Of a DNA stretch of 64,000 nucleotides, positions 9,994 through 20,239 are shown in pieces; position 1 is the stretch's first letter, and each line of letters opens with the position of its first letter. The position numbers were made by a program, and so were the translations under genes. This DNA comes from Gemmatimonadota bacterium (GTDB lineage: Bacteria > Gemmatimonadota > Gemmatimonadetes > Palauibacterales > KS3-K002): NCBI GenBank assembly GCA_039588015.1, contig JBDHAS010000023.1, positions 6,868 through 70,867 of the forward strand, read 5' to 3'. The notes beneath the pieces are model-generated. The model was not told the origin of the DNA. It searched no databases and saw only the letters and a list, made by a program, of their open reading frames with translations.

Positions 9994-10563
9994 TTGAATG
10001 CCATGAGTGGCCAGGAGGTGGGGCCTCCGGCCGGCGGGCCGGAGGGATCATCGCAGGACTTGGAGCGGGTCGGATTTCTGACCCGCCTACCAGATGGCCA
10101 GGAGCTTTCCCTCGGCTTCGGTTGTCTCCGCGTCGGCAGGCAGCGCCGGGCCGATCTCGTGATCGGCGAGAAGACGGTTTCACGCCACCATGCCGATGTC
10201 TGCTATGAGGGCGGGCGTTACGTTCTTTACGATCACAGCTCAAACGGTACTTGGGTCAACGGTAACCTGGTAGTTGTCGCCCAGCCGCTCCGGGACGGCG
10301 ACACGCTTCGCTTCGGCGAGGTCGAGTTCCGATTTGCCGTGAAGACCGTGCCTCGGCAGGAAGCGTTTGCGGCGGCGGCCCAAGACGTACCGACCGGTAT
10401 TGGCAAGCGCTCGACGCTGGTGATGAAGGGCGGTAAGGGCCGGCGCAAGAAGGGGCTCGGCAAGCTACTGATCTTCCTGGTGGTGGCAGTGCTGTTGATC
10501 GTGGCTGTGGCGGTGGTGATCTACTTCTTCTTCCCCGGCATGGTCGACCGGGTAATGCCCTAA
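9994..10563 (+). CDS. FHA domain protein with C-terminal transmembrane anchor
   Basis: 189-aa ORF. The FHA core is GRQRRADLVIGEKTVSRHHADVCYEGGRYVLYDHSSNGTWVNG. The hydrophobic tail is LLIFLVVAVLLIVAVAVVIYFFF. Confidence 0.8.
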   Translation: MNAMSGQEVGPPAGGPEGSSQDLERVGFLTRLPDGQELSLGFGCLRVGRQRRADLVIGEKTVSRHHADVCYEGGRYVLYDHSSNGTWVNGNLVVVAQPLRDGDTLRFGEVEFRFAVKTVPRQEAFAAAAQDVPTGIGKRSTLVMKGGKGRRKKGLGKLLIFLVVAVLLIVAVAVVIYFFFPGMVDRVMP

Positions 10564-11216
10564 CGTCGGGACTGCGACTCCAGACCCACAGGTTTCTCCG
10601 TGAGCGAAGACTCGGCGTCGGTGCCGTGCTTGATCAACTCCATCTTGCTATCTGCCTGCAGTAGCTTCACCAAACCGAATGGAACATCAGCGATCCAGAC
10701 TTCATCGGTCTTGTCGCCGCCCGCGCGATAGTGACGCGCGTTAAACGTCCCGGCTGGAACGGTCACCTGCTCCACCCCCAACTCCTCGGCGGACCCACAT
10801 AGCTTCTGCCAGCTGCTACCCGTTGCGACCTGCGCACTGTTCTGGTCCAGCAGGTCCTGTGGTACCTGCCTGGCAGGCGCACCCGGCAACTTGACGATGT
10901 AACTCTTGAGGTCTTGGTGCTCGAACGGGTAGAAGGGAACGAGCATCTGGACGATTACGTTCTCGCCGATGTCCGGCGGCTCGCTGACGACTTCGATCCA
11001 GTAGTGCGTTCGTCCGTCTACGGCTTCTGAGCCCACGACGGCGAAGCGAATCAGCATTCCCTCGCCTGCAGCGTTGGTAAACTGCACTTCTGCGTAGTGC
11101 CCGACTTGCGGGTTGGGATAGAAGCCCGGGCACGGTCCGTCTGCGGTCTGGGCGGTGAGGGTACCCGCGACGGCAGGGGTCACAAGTGCGAGAGCTAGAA
11201 GCGTGCGCAATTTCAT
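10560..11216 (-). CDS. Hypothetical secreted protein
   Basis: The ORF track gives 10560..11309. I prefer the ATG at 11216, which yields MKLRTLLALALVTPAVAGTLTAQ, a clear signal peptide. No family recognised. Confidence 0.6.
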   Translation of the reverse strand: MKLRTLLALALVTPAVAGTLTAQTADGPCPGFYPNPQVGHYAEVQFTNAAGEGMLIRFAVVGSEAVDGRTHYWIEVVSEPPDIGENVIVQMLVPFYPFEHQDLKSYIVKLPGAPARQVPQDLLDQNSAQVATGSSWQKLCGSAEELGVEQVTVPAGTFNARHYRAGGDKTDEVWIADVPFGLVKLLQADSKMELIKHGTDAESSLTEKPVGLESQSRR

Positions 11217-11382
11217 GGGACGTTCACCGGGAGGCGGGCACCTTCTGGCTGGTAAGCCATCGGTCGAAGTCGAGTCAGCATAGGATAAGGTAGATCGGTT
11301 CCCGAACATGGGTCAACTTCGAACCACTCCGGTAGGTCACCATGTACGGGTCATACTGTTCCGGGATGATCACAGAATTGAA

Positions 11383-11408
11383 ACGGGCGGCCCAAAAGGG
11401 CCGCCCGT
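11383..11408 (-). terminator. Rho-independent-type terminator hairpin after the 11433..12533 gene
   Basis: Perfect 11-bp stem acgggcggccc / gggccgcccgt with a 4-nt loop. It starts about 25 nt past the minus-strand stop. On the minus strand it is followed by TTCAATTCT. Confidence 0.55.
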
Positions 11409-11432
11409 TCGTACCGATGGAAGACCGCAGAA

Positions 11433-12533
11433 CTAGAAGAAGAATATCACTCCCACAAGGCCCAGCCCGAAGGCGAACAGACCCTCCATCACGACGAATG
11501 CCTGCTCCAGCGCCACGAAGATGTTGGCCAGAGCGATGAGTTCTTGCTGGCTAAGCGCGTTACCCTGGGCGTTGTTCAACTCAACGGTATCCTGCTCGAT
11601 ATTGCCCGTGAACGTGGCGATCAGGATATCATCGTAGAAGATCCCGCTGCCACCGAGGAGGTCTCCGTTGGCAGCGACGGTGAGAATGAAGAGTATCTCG
11701 TGCGCGCCGTCGCTGATCGAAGCCTCGATCGTGCTGCTGCCGCTGAGCGTCTCACTGAGGTTGAGGTTGATGCTGAGAACGTTCTCGACGCTTAGCGTGA
11801 AGTCGGCACTGAAGCCGGTAGCTTCGGAGCCGGTGACTTGGAAGTCGAAGTCGAGTTGGTCGGTACCGTCAGATAAGAACCCCGTGACGAGAATGGTGCC
11901 GCCGGTCTCCGAGACGGTTCCTGTAACGCCGTAACTCACGACCGGCGTCACCGTGCTGACATCCGTGACGAAGACGGCGAAACTGATGTTGATGGTCGCC
12001 GGGGTGATATCGAAGACGCTCTGGTCAATGAGGTCTAGGTGGCCGATCTCGGTCAGATCGCTGACGTTGTTGTACAGGATGAAACGAATGCCGTTGGGTG
12101 GCGCACCGGCTCGCCCAGATGCTTCGTATTGGCCGCTCGTCGGATTGTAGACGAACGTCGTGCCGTGGAGTTCCACTGGGATCCCGGCCATGAGCTTGGG
12201 GCTCGAGGTGGTACGCGAATAGAGGTCGGCCATGCTCTGGCGGAAGCGTTCGGCCATGCCGTGGAACGTTGGCGACTCAGGGCTCAGAGTCAGATTGACC
12301 GGCGCTATAGATGGGATCGCTCCCCCGATCGCTGCCCCAAACGTCTCGAGGCTGACCAGGCCCGGGTTATCGGTGAAGAACTGGTCTACAACCGACTCGA
12401 GGGCCGCCTGTGTCTCGGCCGGGTTGACGTCGGGGGTCACTGATGTGGGGTCGTCTTCGCACGCCGCGACGAAAGAGAAAGCCAGTGCGAACGTAACGAG
12501 GCGCACGAACTGTAATCGCTTGGTTCCCTTCAC
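11433..12533 (-). CDS. Hypothetical lipoprotein with a C-terminal hydrophobic tail
   Basis: 366-aa ORF. It has a lipobox FSFVAAC, a Thr/Ser/Val-rich beta-like body, and ends in GLFAFGLGLVGVIFFF. No family recognised. Confidence 0.65.
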   Translation of the reverse strand: MKGTKRLQFVRLVTFALAFSFVAACEDDPTSVTPDVNPAETQAALESVVDQFFTDNPGLVSLETFGAAIGGAIPSIAPVNLTLSPESPTFHGMAERFRQSMADLYSRTTSSPKLMAGIPVELHGTTFVYNPTSGQYEASGRAGAPPNGIRFILYNNVSDLTEIGHLDLIDQSVFDITPATINISFAVFVTDVSTVTPVVSYGVTGTVSETGGTILVTGFLSDGTDQLDFDFQVTGSEATGFSADFTLSVENVLSINLNLSETLSGSSTIEASISDGAHEILFILTVAANGDLLGGSGIFYDDILIATFTGNIEQDTVELNNAQGNALSQQELIALANIFVALEQAFVVMEGLFAFGLGLVGVIFFF

Positions 12534-12715
12534 CGTTACCTCCTGGTTTCGAATGGGTCGCTTCCGGTTGGCGTAGTTCGGATCACACTGTTAGGCAGAC
12601 GACAAATTGCTGTTCTTGGCTGCGGGGGATTTTCCGTGTGTGCAATGCCGGGAGAGAGGGCATCCATTTCCAAGCTACCAAAAAAGCGGGACCGCGCAAG
12701 TCTTTGTGGCTTCAG

Positions 12716-14245
12716 TCATTCGCTCGGCCCGGCGGCCGAGATCCTGAACGCGATGTAGAGGGCGATCGCCAGTGAAGCGAGGGCAAGGAGTGGGTCGACA
12801 TGGGTGTCCAACGCCGCCCCGAGTCTGTCCGGGCTGGCGAACATGCCGACGACCTCTTCGGGGCCTTGGCCTTCCCCCCACCCTGTGAGGGCGGCTGTTC
12901 CTAGCAGCGTCCCGAGCAGAGACCCGAAGATCGTTCCCAAGCACGCCACCAACCGGAAAGACCCGGTCTGGCCGGCTCCTCGCAGGCGAACGCTCATACC
13001 CACCATCAGTGCGACCGCCACGGCCAGCAGGCTCGCACCCTGTCCGGCAGGGATTGCCAGCCCGGCCCAGATCAGCGCTCCCGCGATGGCCGCGCCGATC
13101 GCTGCGCTGACGGCTCGGCGGATGCTTGGACGGCCTTCTCGCTGAGCCCTCGCCCGTTCCGCTGCTGCCGTGTCGGAGACGTCAAGCAGTATCCGCTCGC
13201 CGGAACTCGTCTCGATCACGGCTGGCCCCATAGGGACGGAATCGGCCCTGCTCAGAATGTTGTCAACGTGCTCGAATTCTGAGAGAGCCCGTCCGAACTC
13301 TTCCTCGGGGAAGAACTCAGGACGAGAGCGCTCGTCTTCGAGCAGCATGTCGGCCTCGGGCGGCAGCTCGTCCGCCTCTTCGGTTGACCTTTCCTCTTCG
13401 AGTCCGATGAAGCGCGATGCCTCCTCATCGGAGGCTTCGACCAGTAACTCCAACTCGCTGGGACCTTCGCCCAGGAACTCGGGTTCCCAGTCCGGTTCCG
13501 GCAGGAGCTCCTCCTCGAGTTGCTCCGGTGGTGCCGGGGATGCTGTCGGATCGGGCCCTTCAGCTTGCGGGGCTACGTGGTCGGATGATACTGGCTTGGC
13601 GACGACTTCTGCGATTTCACCAGGCTCAGCGAGCCCCGAGACCTCTCCAGTCTCCAGCGCATCGAGGGCCCTTTCTATCGCCGCGGCTGCCTCGGCGTCC
13701 ACGAACTCCTCCGCCTCCGTCGACTCAGCGGCTGCCGCACTCTCCTCGGCCGCGGCGACTTCCTCGATGGCCGCTGCGGGTATCGGTTCCTCGGTTTCAG
13801 CCACGTCGGTCGTGTCGGAAACAGTAGAGGCGGCCGGCGGTACCTCCGAGGGTGGCTCGGTAGCGGGCGTGCCCTCGGCGCGAGTAGCGGCGACCGCCGT
13901 ATCTGGCATCGCGGCGATCGGTACTCCTTCCTCCCCGACCTGATACTCGAAGTCGATGCCGTTCTTCTGGAGTTCATAGCCGATCCGCCCGAGAAATTCC
14001 TGAGAGTCCTGCGGAGGGGACTCGTTGCATAACAGCCGAACGATGGTGTCTTGGGGTCTCGCGGCGTGCGCTTTAGCGAAATCGCTGCTGCGGATGTAAC
14101 GGACGTAGTACCTTACTTTGGCGGAGAGCTGCTGGTGCATCGACGCCGTATCGCTCCACGGCCGGGACTCCTCGATCAACAGGACGAGCTTCCCCGTAAG
14201 CTCATCGACCGTCTCTCTGTCGATCCTGGAGGGTTCAGACATCAT
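12716..14245 (-). CDS. Hypothetical membrane protein (N-terminal globular domain, long acidic Glu/Ala/Pro linker, C-terminal multi-TM region)
   Basis: 509-aa ORF. The opposite-strand ORFs (13170..13943 and others) are Ser/Arg-rich junk. No family recognised. Confidence 0.65.
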   Translation of the reverse strand: MMSEPSRIDRETVDELTGKLVLLIEESRPWSDTASMHQQLSAKVRYYVRYIRSSDFAKAHAARPQDTIVRLLCNESPPQDSQEFLGRIGYELQKNGIDFEYQVGEEGVPIAAMPDTAVAATRAEGTPATEPPSEVPPAASTVSDTTDVAETEEPIPAAAIEEVAAAEESAAAAESTEAEEFVDAEAAAAIERALDALETGEVSGLAEPGEIAEVVAKPVSSDHVAPQAEGPDPTASPAPPEQLEEELLPEPDWEPEFLGEGPSELELLVEASDEEASRFIGLEEERSTEEADELPPEADMLLEDERSRPEFFPEEEFGRALSEFEHVDNILSRADSVPMGPAVIETSSGERILLDVSDTAAAERARAQREGRPSIRRAVSAAIGAAIAGALIWAGLAIPAGQGASLLAVAVALMVGMSVRLRGAGQTGSFRLVACLGTIFGSLLGTLLGTAALTGWGEGQGPEEVVGMFASPDRLGAALDTHVDPLLALASLAIALYIAFRISAAGPSE

Positions 14246-14373
14246 CCTCCCGTTTCCCCCACTTCACGATGGCCCTCTGACCTCCGTGTCTTCTTCCCAG
14301 ATGTCCGGTTTGGCGGCGTTGCCGGGATCGCTTATCAGGTTGTATTTGCCCAGCTACCGTCGTTGCCTCGGCG

Positions 14374-14766
14374 CTAGACCGGTGACTCGATGCGATACAC
14401 GATCTCGCCGGCTTCGCCAGGCTCGGCCGCGGCACGCCCATCCGACACCAGTGCCATGAGGGCGTACTCTACGTCGGTCTGCGGGACGCCCGCGTGCTCA
14501 GTGGCCTCTAAGGCTGTGATTCGGCCGCCCTGAGCCATGGCGCGCCACACGATCTGGTCCTTTATGGTGGCCATTCGCCCGTCATCGGAGCGATCCCGTT
14601 TGCGAGATGCTCTTAGGATCGCAATACCCGCGACGATCGGGACGACTCCCAGGAGGAAGATAGCCAGGAAAGCCATTCCGCTCGACAAGTCCACGACGAA
14701 CGTGAACAGCCAAAGCATCACGACCCCCAACGCGACGACCATCCCGCCTAAAGCAGATCTCGACAC
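14374..14766 (-). CDS. Hypothetical small membrane protein (2 TM plus soluble C-terminal domain)
   Basis: 130-aa ORF. Two hydrophobic helices are followed by a charged segment and a compact C-terminal domain. No family recognised. Confidence 0.55.
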   Translation of the reverse strand: MSRSALGGMVVALGVVMLWLFTFVVDLSSGMAFLAIFLLGVVPIVAGIAILRASRKRDRSDDGRMATIKDQIVWRAMAQGGRITALEATEHAGVPQTDVEYALMALVSDGRAAAEPGEAGEIVYRIESPV

Positions 14767-14846
14767 GTCAAAAAGCTAACATTGAAGGAAAACTCAGTCT
14801 AGCTAGAGGTGGACGGTCGGCCACGGGCCGATTCTAGCCCTGGCAT

Positions 14847-15329
14847 CTACGATCCCGCTACTTGCCAGATGCCGCTAGGCTTGGACCAGGCATATGCCGC
14901 GAACGTTACAGCATAGGCCAGCACGAACCAGGCGAGGCGGGTGGCCGGCACGATCGGCTTGTTGGCCTCCTGGCGTCGCACGATTTCTGCGAACGCCAGA
15001 GCGAGTTGCAGTGCTATGACAGCGAGTGCTCCCGGCAGGAGGTATTCCGCCCAAGGGTGCCCGAGGAGGAAACCGGCAGCTAGGACTCCCACGTCCTCGC
15101 CAACGATGAGGTTGACCGTCTGACGGTATCCCTGCTCGCGCCGCGCCAGCCAGGCGAAATAGGCATATGCAACGCCGAGGAGCAGCGACGCGATCATCGC
15201 CGGCAGCAACATGGGCATTCCGCGCAGCTCGATCAGAGGGCCATAGGCCAGATGCGTGGCTGAGATGAGCAGCAAGATGACTGGGCTTGCCAGAGGGCGG
15301 GTAGCTGTGGCTTGGTTGAGTTCAGTCAT
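14847..15329 (-). CDS. Hypothetical polytopic membrane protein (start uncertain; ORF is open to 15407)
   Basis: Hydrophobic ORF. I chose the ATG at 15329 (MTELNQ...) so that a divergent promoter region remains before the PIG-L gene. The alternative start is 15407. Confidence 0.5.
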   Translation of the reverse strand: MTELNQATATRPLASPVILLLISATHLAYGPLIELRGMPMLLPAMIASLLLGVAYAYFAWLARREQGYRQTVNLIVGEDVGVLAAGFLLGHPWAEYLLPGALAVIALQLALAFAEIVRRQEANKPIVPATRLAWFVLAYAVTFAAYAWSKPSGIWQVAGS

Positions 15330-15467
15330 CAGTGGCCAGCCTGACATCGGCCAGGCGTCTGAGGTGGAAACCATGACGATCCTATTGTCGCATTGGACGT
15401 GTGACAAGATGGATTGGGAATCCGCGCAGCTAGCCTGGCGGGCCTTGGCCGAATACTTTGCTCGACC

Positions 15468-18116
15468 ATGATCGGATCGGTGTCTGAACGTGCCAACGCG
15501 TCGAATTGGCGGAGTCGCTCGCTGCGTGGCTTGGGTTTGCTATGCGCAGCGTGGATCTGCGCGCCTGCGATGGCGACAGCACAAGGTGTGGTGGACCCGG
15601 AGCACGGCCTCGTGGGCGTCGCGCAGTCGCTTCGCGGGCTGGGAAGCGTAAAGCGGGTCTTGGTGATAGGCGCGCACCCCGACGACGAGGACACCAGCCT
15701 GTTGGCCTTTCTCGTGAGAGGGCTAGGTGCTGACGCGGCCTATCTTGCGCTGAACCGTGGAGAAGGTGGACAGAACCTGATCGGCCCAGAGTTGGGCGTA
15801 GGCCTGGGACTTGTTCGGGCCGAGGAGCTCCTTGCAGCGCGGCGCTTGGACGGAGCCGGCCAGTTCTTCACGCGCGCCTATGACTTTGGCTACTCGAAGT
15901 CTGCCGATGAGACCTTCCGGTTCTGGCCGAAGGACTCACTTCTGTCGGATGTGGTACTGGCGATTAGAAGATACCGCCCACAGGTAGTGGTTTCGATCTT
16001 CACCGGTACGACGCGGGATGGACATGGCCAACACCAGGTCGCGGGGATTCTGGCCCGTGAGGCCTTCGATGCCGCCGGCGATCCGAGCCGGTTTCCTGAG
16101 CAACTGGCCGGTGGGTTACCGGCGTGGGCCCCGGTGAAGCTCTACCGCTCGACGCGTTTTGATACGACGAATACGACGTTGAGAATAGAGACAGGCACGC
16201 TGGATCTATTGCTCGGGCGTTCCTACCACCAAATCGCCATGGCCAGCCGCAGCCAGCACCGCTCCCAAGACATGGGTCGCATCGAACCGCTGGGACCGAG
16301 GCAAACGAGGGTGGAGCTCCTGAAGAGTCGAGGCATTGCAGATACGGAGCGCTCGGAAGCATCGCTCTTCGATGGCGTTGAAACGTCGGTCGCGGCTCTG
16401 CTCTCGGCTCTGCCCGACGACGAGGTTCGTGCAGGCCTTGAAGAACCTATCGAAGCCTATGTCGACCTCGTCAAGAACGTGGCCGACATCCTCAACCGGC
16501 GGCCGGCGGAGGTCATTTCGCATCTCGGCCAGGCTTTATCTATCCTGCGCCGTGCCATCGACCTGGCAGCAGTCGCGGGCCCCGGCGCCGAGCACGTGCA
16601 CTGGGTGCTGAGACGGGATGAGGCGAAACTGGAGGTTGCGCTAACGGCGGCCGCCGGAGTGATCGTCGCAGCGTTCAGTGACGACGATCTCGTGATTCCC
16701 GGCCAGAGCCTCGAAGTCGAAGTGCAGATATGGAACGGCGGCGATGGCCCCGTGGACATCCGAGCTCTGGCGCTCGAGACGCCGACAGGCTGGAAGGTCG
16801 ATCGAATCGGCGAAGTGGACGCTGCGGTACTGCCCGGCACGCTGAGCCGGCGGCGCTTCCAAGTGACCGTCCCGCTGGACGAGGAACAAACCCGACCCTA
16901 CTTCTTGCGCGCTCGGCGGACAGGAGCTGCGTATGTGTGGCCGGCCGAGTCGCCGGAGCGGGGACTGCCATTCAGCCCGCCGCTCTTGGAAGCGCGGGCG
17001 GATCTCGGCATAGCCGGAAACGTCGTGCACCGCTCGGCGGAAGCGGTCTACCGTTTCGCCGACCAGGCCCGAGGTGAGGTCCGTCGTCCCCTTCGCGTGG
17101 TTCCGGCAGTGAGCGTGGAGCTGGCCCCGGCTACCTCGGTATGGCCGCTGGGTCGCGAGACCCCACTCGACTTCAGCGTGAGCCTGCGTGGCGAGGTACC
17201 GGAAGGGGCTGAGGGGCGGGTGTGGCTGGAGCTCCCTGCAGGCTGGCGCGTGAGCCCGGCGGAGGCCGATTTCAGTCTGCCGGGACCGGGTCGGGCCGCG
17301 ACCGCGGAGTTCGAGGTGGAGCCGGCGGAAGAGACTGAGCCGGGGGCCTACGACCTGCGAGCATGGGCAGAAACGGCGGACGGCCATCGTTACCAACAGG
17401 GGTACTCGATAATCGACTACACTCATATCCGCAGGAACCTGTTGTACGAGGAAGCTGCCGCCCGCATCGAGGCGTTCGAGCTCGACGTGGATCAAGATCT
17501 GCGGGTTGCGTACGTGCCGGGCGCGGGTGATGCAGTGGCCGAGGCCGTAGGCGCCATGGGCCTACGCGTCGACGTGCTCGATGAGCGCGTCCTCGCCAGC
17601 GGGGACCTGTCCGAGTACGACGTCATCGTGCTGGGGATTCGGGCCTACGAGACCAACCCAACGGTGGTGGCGAGCAACGAGCGGCTCCTCGGGTTCGTAC
17701 GCGCCGGTGGCACGCTGATTGTGCAGTACCAGCAGTACCGCTACTTCCGCGAGAGTTACACTCCATATGCTATGCGCGCCCGTTTCCCTCACGATCGCGT
17801 GAGTGACGAGCTGGCGCCGGTGGCAGTGCTGGCGCCGCGGCACCCCGTGTTCCACGTGCCGAACCGGATCGGCGAGTCGGACTTCCAGGGCTGGGTTCAG
17901 GAACGTGGTCTCTACTTCCCCTATGAATGGGACGAGCGCTATCAGGCGTTGCTGGAGATGGCGGATCCGGGGGAGGAGCCCAAGCGTGGCGGCCTCTTGG
18001 TGGCTCGTTACGGTGAGGGACTGTACGTGTACACCGGGCTTTCTCTTTTCCGGCAATTGCCGGCGGGCGTCCCGGGCGCCTTCAGGCTGTTGGCCAACCT
18101 CTTGAGTCTTGAATGA
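15468..18116 (+). CDS. Large PIG-L/LmbE-family deacetylase with extended C-terminal domains, secreted
   Basis: The PIG-L motif is VLVIGAHPDDEDTSLLAFL, with HGQHQ downstream. The ATG at 15468 gives a signal peptide ending AMATAQG. The ORF track starts at 15414. The C-terminal about 200 aa (IVLGIRAYE..GGTLIVQYQQ) resembles a ThuA/class-I amidotransferase-like fold. Confidence 0.8.
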   Translation: MIGSVSERANASNWRSRSLRGLGLLCAAWICAPAMATAQGVVDPEHGLVGVAQSLRGLGSVKRVLVIGAHPDDEDTSLLAFLVRGLGADAAYLALNRGEGGQNLIGPELGVGLGLVRAEELLAARRLDGAGQFFTRAYDFGYSKSADETFRFWPKDSLLSDVVLAIRRYRPQVVVSIFTGTTRDGHGQHQVAGILAREAFDAAGDPSRFPEQLAGGLPAWAPVKLYRSTRFDTTNTTLRIETGTLDLLLGRSYHQIAMASRSQHRSQDMGRIEPLGPRQTRVELLKSRGIADTERSEASLFDGVETSVAALLSALPDDEVRAGLEEPIEAYVDLVKNVADILNRRPAEVISHLGQALSILRRAIDLAAVAGPGAEHVHWVLRRDEAKLEVALTAAAGVIVAAFSDDDLVIPGQSLEVEVQIWNGGDGPVDIRALALETPTGWKVDRIGEVDAAVLPGTLSRRRFQVTVPLDEEQTRPYFLRARRTGAAYVWPAESPERGLPFSPPLLEARADLGIAGNVVHRSAEAVYRFADQARGEVRRPLRVVPAVSVELAPATSVWPLGRETPLDFSVSLRGEVPEGAEGRVWLELPAGWRVSPAEADFSLPGPGRAATAEFEVEPAEETEPGAYDLRAWAETADGHRYQQGYSIIDYTHIRRNLLYEEAAARIEAFELDVDQDLRVAYVPGAGDAVAEAVGAMGLRVDVLDERVLASGDLSEYDVIVLGIRAYETNPTVVASNERLLGFVRAGGTLIVQYQQYRYFRESYTPYAMRARFPHDRVSDELAPVAVLAPRHPVFHVPNRIGESDFQGWVQERGLYFPYEWDERYQALLEMADPGEEPKRGGLLVARYGEGLYVYTGLSLFRQLPAGVPGAFRLLANLLSLE

Positions 18117-19138
18117 TGAAGATCTCTCTGTTGCTGTGGAGTGCGGCGCTGGTGGGCATGGCGGCGTGCTCCGAGCGTGGGACGGTACTGACGGTCTACT
18201 CGCCTCATGGGCGCGAGCAGCTCGTTCTGTTCGAGGAGCGCTTCGAGGCCGCGAACCCGGGCGTCGACGTTCAGTGGGTGGATATGGGTTCGCAAGAGAT
18301 CCTCGACCGGGTCCGCTCTGAACGCGCGAACCCGCAAGGCGATGTTTGGTATGGCGGGCCAGCTTGGTTCTTTTCTCGCGCTGCCGGCGAAGGATTGCTC
18401 GAGGCCTATCGGCCGAGTTGGGCGGAAGCGGTGTTGCCCGAAGCGCGGGGACCGGATGACCTCTTTTTCGGCGTCTACCTCACGCCGGCCGTGATAACCT
18501 TTAACAGCGAAGTAGTGTCGCGCGACGACGCACCTCGCGACTGGGACGACATCCTCGATGCTCGGTGGGCTGACGAAGTCCTCATCCGTGATCCGCTGGC
18601 TAGCGGGACCATGCGCATGATCTTCGGAATGATCATGTATCGAAGCATCAAACAGACCGGCGGCACCGAGGCGGGCTACGACTGGTTGAGACGGTTGGAT
18701 GGCCAGACCAAAGAGTACGTGCTGAATCCGGCCATCCTGCAGCAAAAGCTGGCGCGTCAGGAAGGGCTGGTGACGCTGTGGAATCTGCCCGACGTGTTGC
18801 GCGTTCAGAATCAGGGGTTCCCGGTCGATTACGTTCTTCCCGAGAGCGGCACACCGGTACTGGTCGATGGCATAGCCGTGATCAAAGGAACCAAACAACG
18901 TCAGCTGGCCCAGGCGTTCGTCGAGTACATCGGCTCGGTGGAAGGGCAGCTCGTCGCGGCTCGGCAAGCGTACCGCAATTTGACTCGGACCGACATCCCT
19001 CCCGATTCCCTGCCGCAGTGGCTGGTTCAGGTGAGCAAGCGGCTACAACCCATGGATCTTGACTGGGCGCTCATGGAAGAACAGGGCCGTGAGTGGATGA
19101 GGTATTGGGACTCGCATATCCGCGGTACGGGTAGGTAA
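18113..19138 (+). CDS. ABC transporter substrate-binding protein, Fe(III)/thiamine/polyamine-type (family 1 SBP), lipoprotein
   Basis: 341-aa ORF with a lipobox LVGMAAC. It has an FbpA/AfuA-like pattern (LTVYSPHG..., DVWYGG). Its ATG overlaps the PIG-L stop (ATGA). Confidence 0.8.
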   Translation: MMKISLLLWSAALVGMAACSERGTVLTVYSPHGREQLVLFEERFEAANPGVDVQWVDMGSQEILDRVRSERANPQGDVWYGGPAWFFSRAAGEGLLEAYRPSWAEAVLPEARGPDDLFFGVYLTPAVITFNSEVVSRDDAPRDWDDILDARWADEVLIRDPLASGTMRMIFGMIMYRSIKQTGGTEAGYDWLRRLDGQTKEYVLNPAILQQKLARQEGLVTLWNLPDVLRVQNQGFPVDYVLPESGTPVLVDGIAVIKGTKQRQLAQAFVEYIGSVEGQLVAARQAYRNLTRTDIPPDSLPQWLVQVSKRLQPMDLDWALMEEQGREWMRYWDSHIRGTGR

Positions 19139-19147
19139 GGAGCAGCG

Positions 19148-20239
19148 TTGAGCGGCGTTCCGTTCCTCGAGCTCGCCGGCTTGACCCGCGTTTTCGCGGG
19201 GACGCCGGCGGTTCGCGATCTCAGTCTACGCGTGGGTGAGCACGAGGTCGTGACGCTGTTGGGTCCGAGCGGATGCGGCAAAACCACCACGCTCCGAATG
19301 ATCGCCGGGTTCGAGTACCCAGACGCTGGGCGGATCGTGCTCGGCGGTCGCGACGTGACAGGACTCGCTCCTCAGAAGCGCGGGTTCGGGATGGTGTTTC
19401 AGCACTATGCGCTCTTTCCGCACTTGGGTGTTGGAGCCAACGTGGCGTTCGGATTAGAAACCGCCGGGCTTGCCAAATCGGAGATCGAACAAAAGGTAGA
19501 ACGCGCTCTGGACCTGGTGCGACTACCGGGCACTCAGGATAGGACGATCGGGTCGCTGTCCGGCGGCCAGCAGCAGCGGGTGGCCCTCGCCCGGGCGCTG
19601 GCACCGGAGCCCGAGGTACTTCTGCTCGATGAGCCGCTCTCCAATCTGGACGCGACGCTGCGTGAACAAACTCGGCGTGAACTGCGAGCGTTGGTGAAAG
19701 AGATCGGCATCACCACGATCTACGTCACGCACGACCAGGAAGAAGCGTTCGATCTTTCGGATCGAATCGCGGTGATGCGGGCGGGCAATCTGGAGCAGCT
19801 GGGCCCGGCCGAGGAACTCTATCACCGACCGGCCAGCGAGTTCGTCGCCACCTTCTTGGGTCGGGCGGGCGGCATCGCAGGCAGGCTCGAGGAAACCGAA
19901 GACGACCTCGCGGTCTGCCGTTTGGCCGGTGGCGCCGTCTGGCGGGCGCTGAACACGGGCAAGCTGTCACCTGGTGCGGGCACTACCTTGCGCTTGCTGG
20001 CTCGACCCGAGGCGCTCCGCTTTGCGTCCCCAGACGTCGCCGGTGCTATCCAAGGAATGGTCGGCGACCGGAGATTCGCCGGGTCCTCCTACGTCTACAC
20101 TGTGGAAGTGGCTGGTGGCCAGCTGGAGGTGCAGGCAAGCGAGGGTGCGGTGCAACCGGGCGCTCAGGTGAGCCTCGTTCCGCGCTCGGCGCCGACCGGG
20201 CTCTTCGCGTTTCCCGAGCAGCAGAAACAACCAGAATGA
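19148..20239 (+). CDS. ABC transporter ATP-binding protein (FbpC/PotA-like)
   Basis: Walker A is GPSGCGKTT, the ABC signature is LSGGQQQRVALARAL, and Walker B is LLLDEPLS. There is a C-terminal TOBE-like domain. The start is TTG at 19148. Confidence 0.9.
   Translation: MSGVPFLELAGLTRVFAGTPAVRDLSLRVGEHEVVTLLGPSGCGKTTTLRMIAGFEYPDAGRIVLGGRDVTGLAPQKRGFGMVFQHYALFPHLGVGANVAFGLETAGLAKSEIEQKVERALDLVRLPGTQDRTIGSLSGGQQQRVALARALAPEPEVLLLDEPLSNLDATLREQTRRELRALVKEIGITTIYVTHDQEEAFDLSDRIAVMRAGNLEQLGPAEELYHRPASEFVATFLGRAGGIAGRLEETEDDLAVCRLAGGAVWRALNTGKLSPGAGTTLRLLARPEALRFASPDVAGAIQGMVGDRRFAGSSYVYTVEVAGGQLEVQASEGAVQPGAQVSLVPRSAPTGLFAFPEQQKQPE

Noticed and set aside
12660-12715. Possible terminator after the 12716..14245 gene (GCGGGACCGC followed on the minus strand by TTTTTT)
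   Set aside because: The stem is only 3-4 bp with a minimal loop. The T-run is real but the hairpin is too weak to call.
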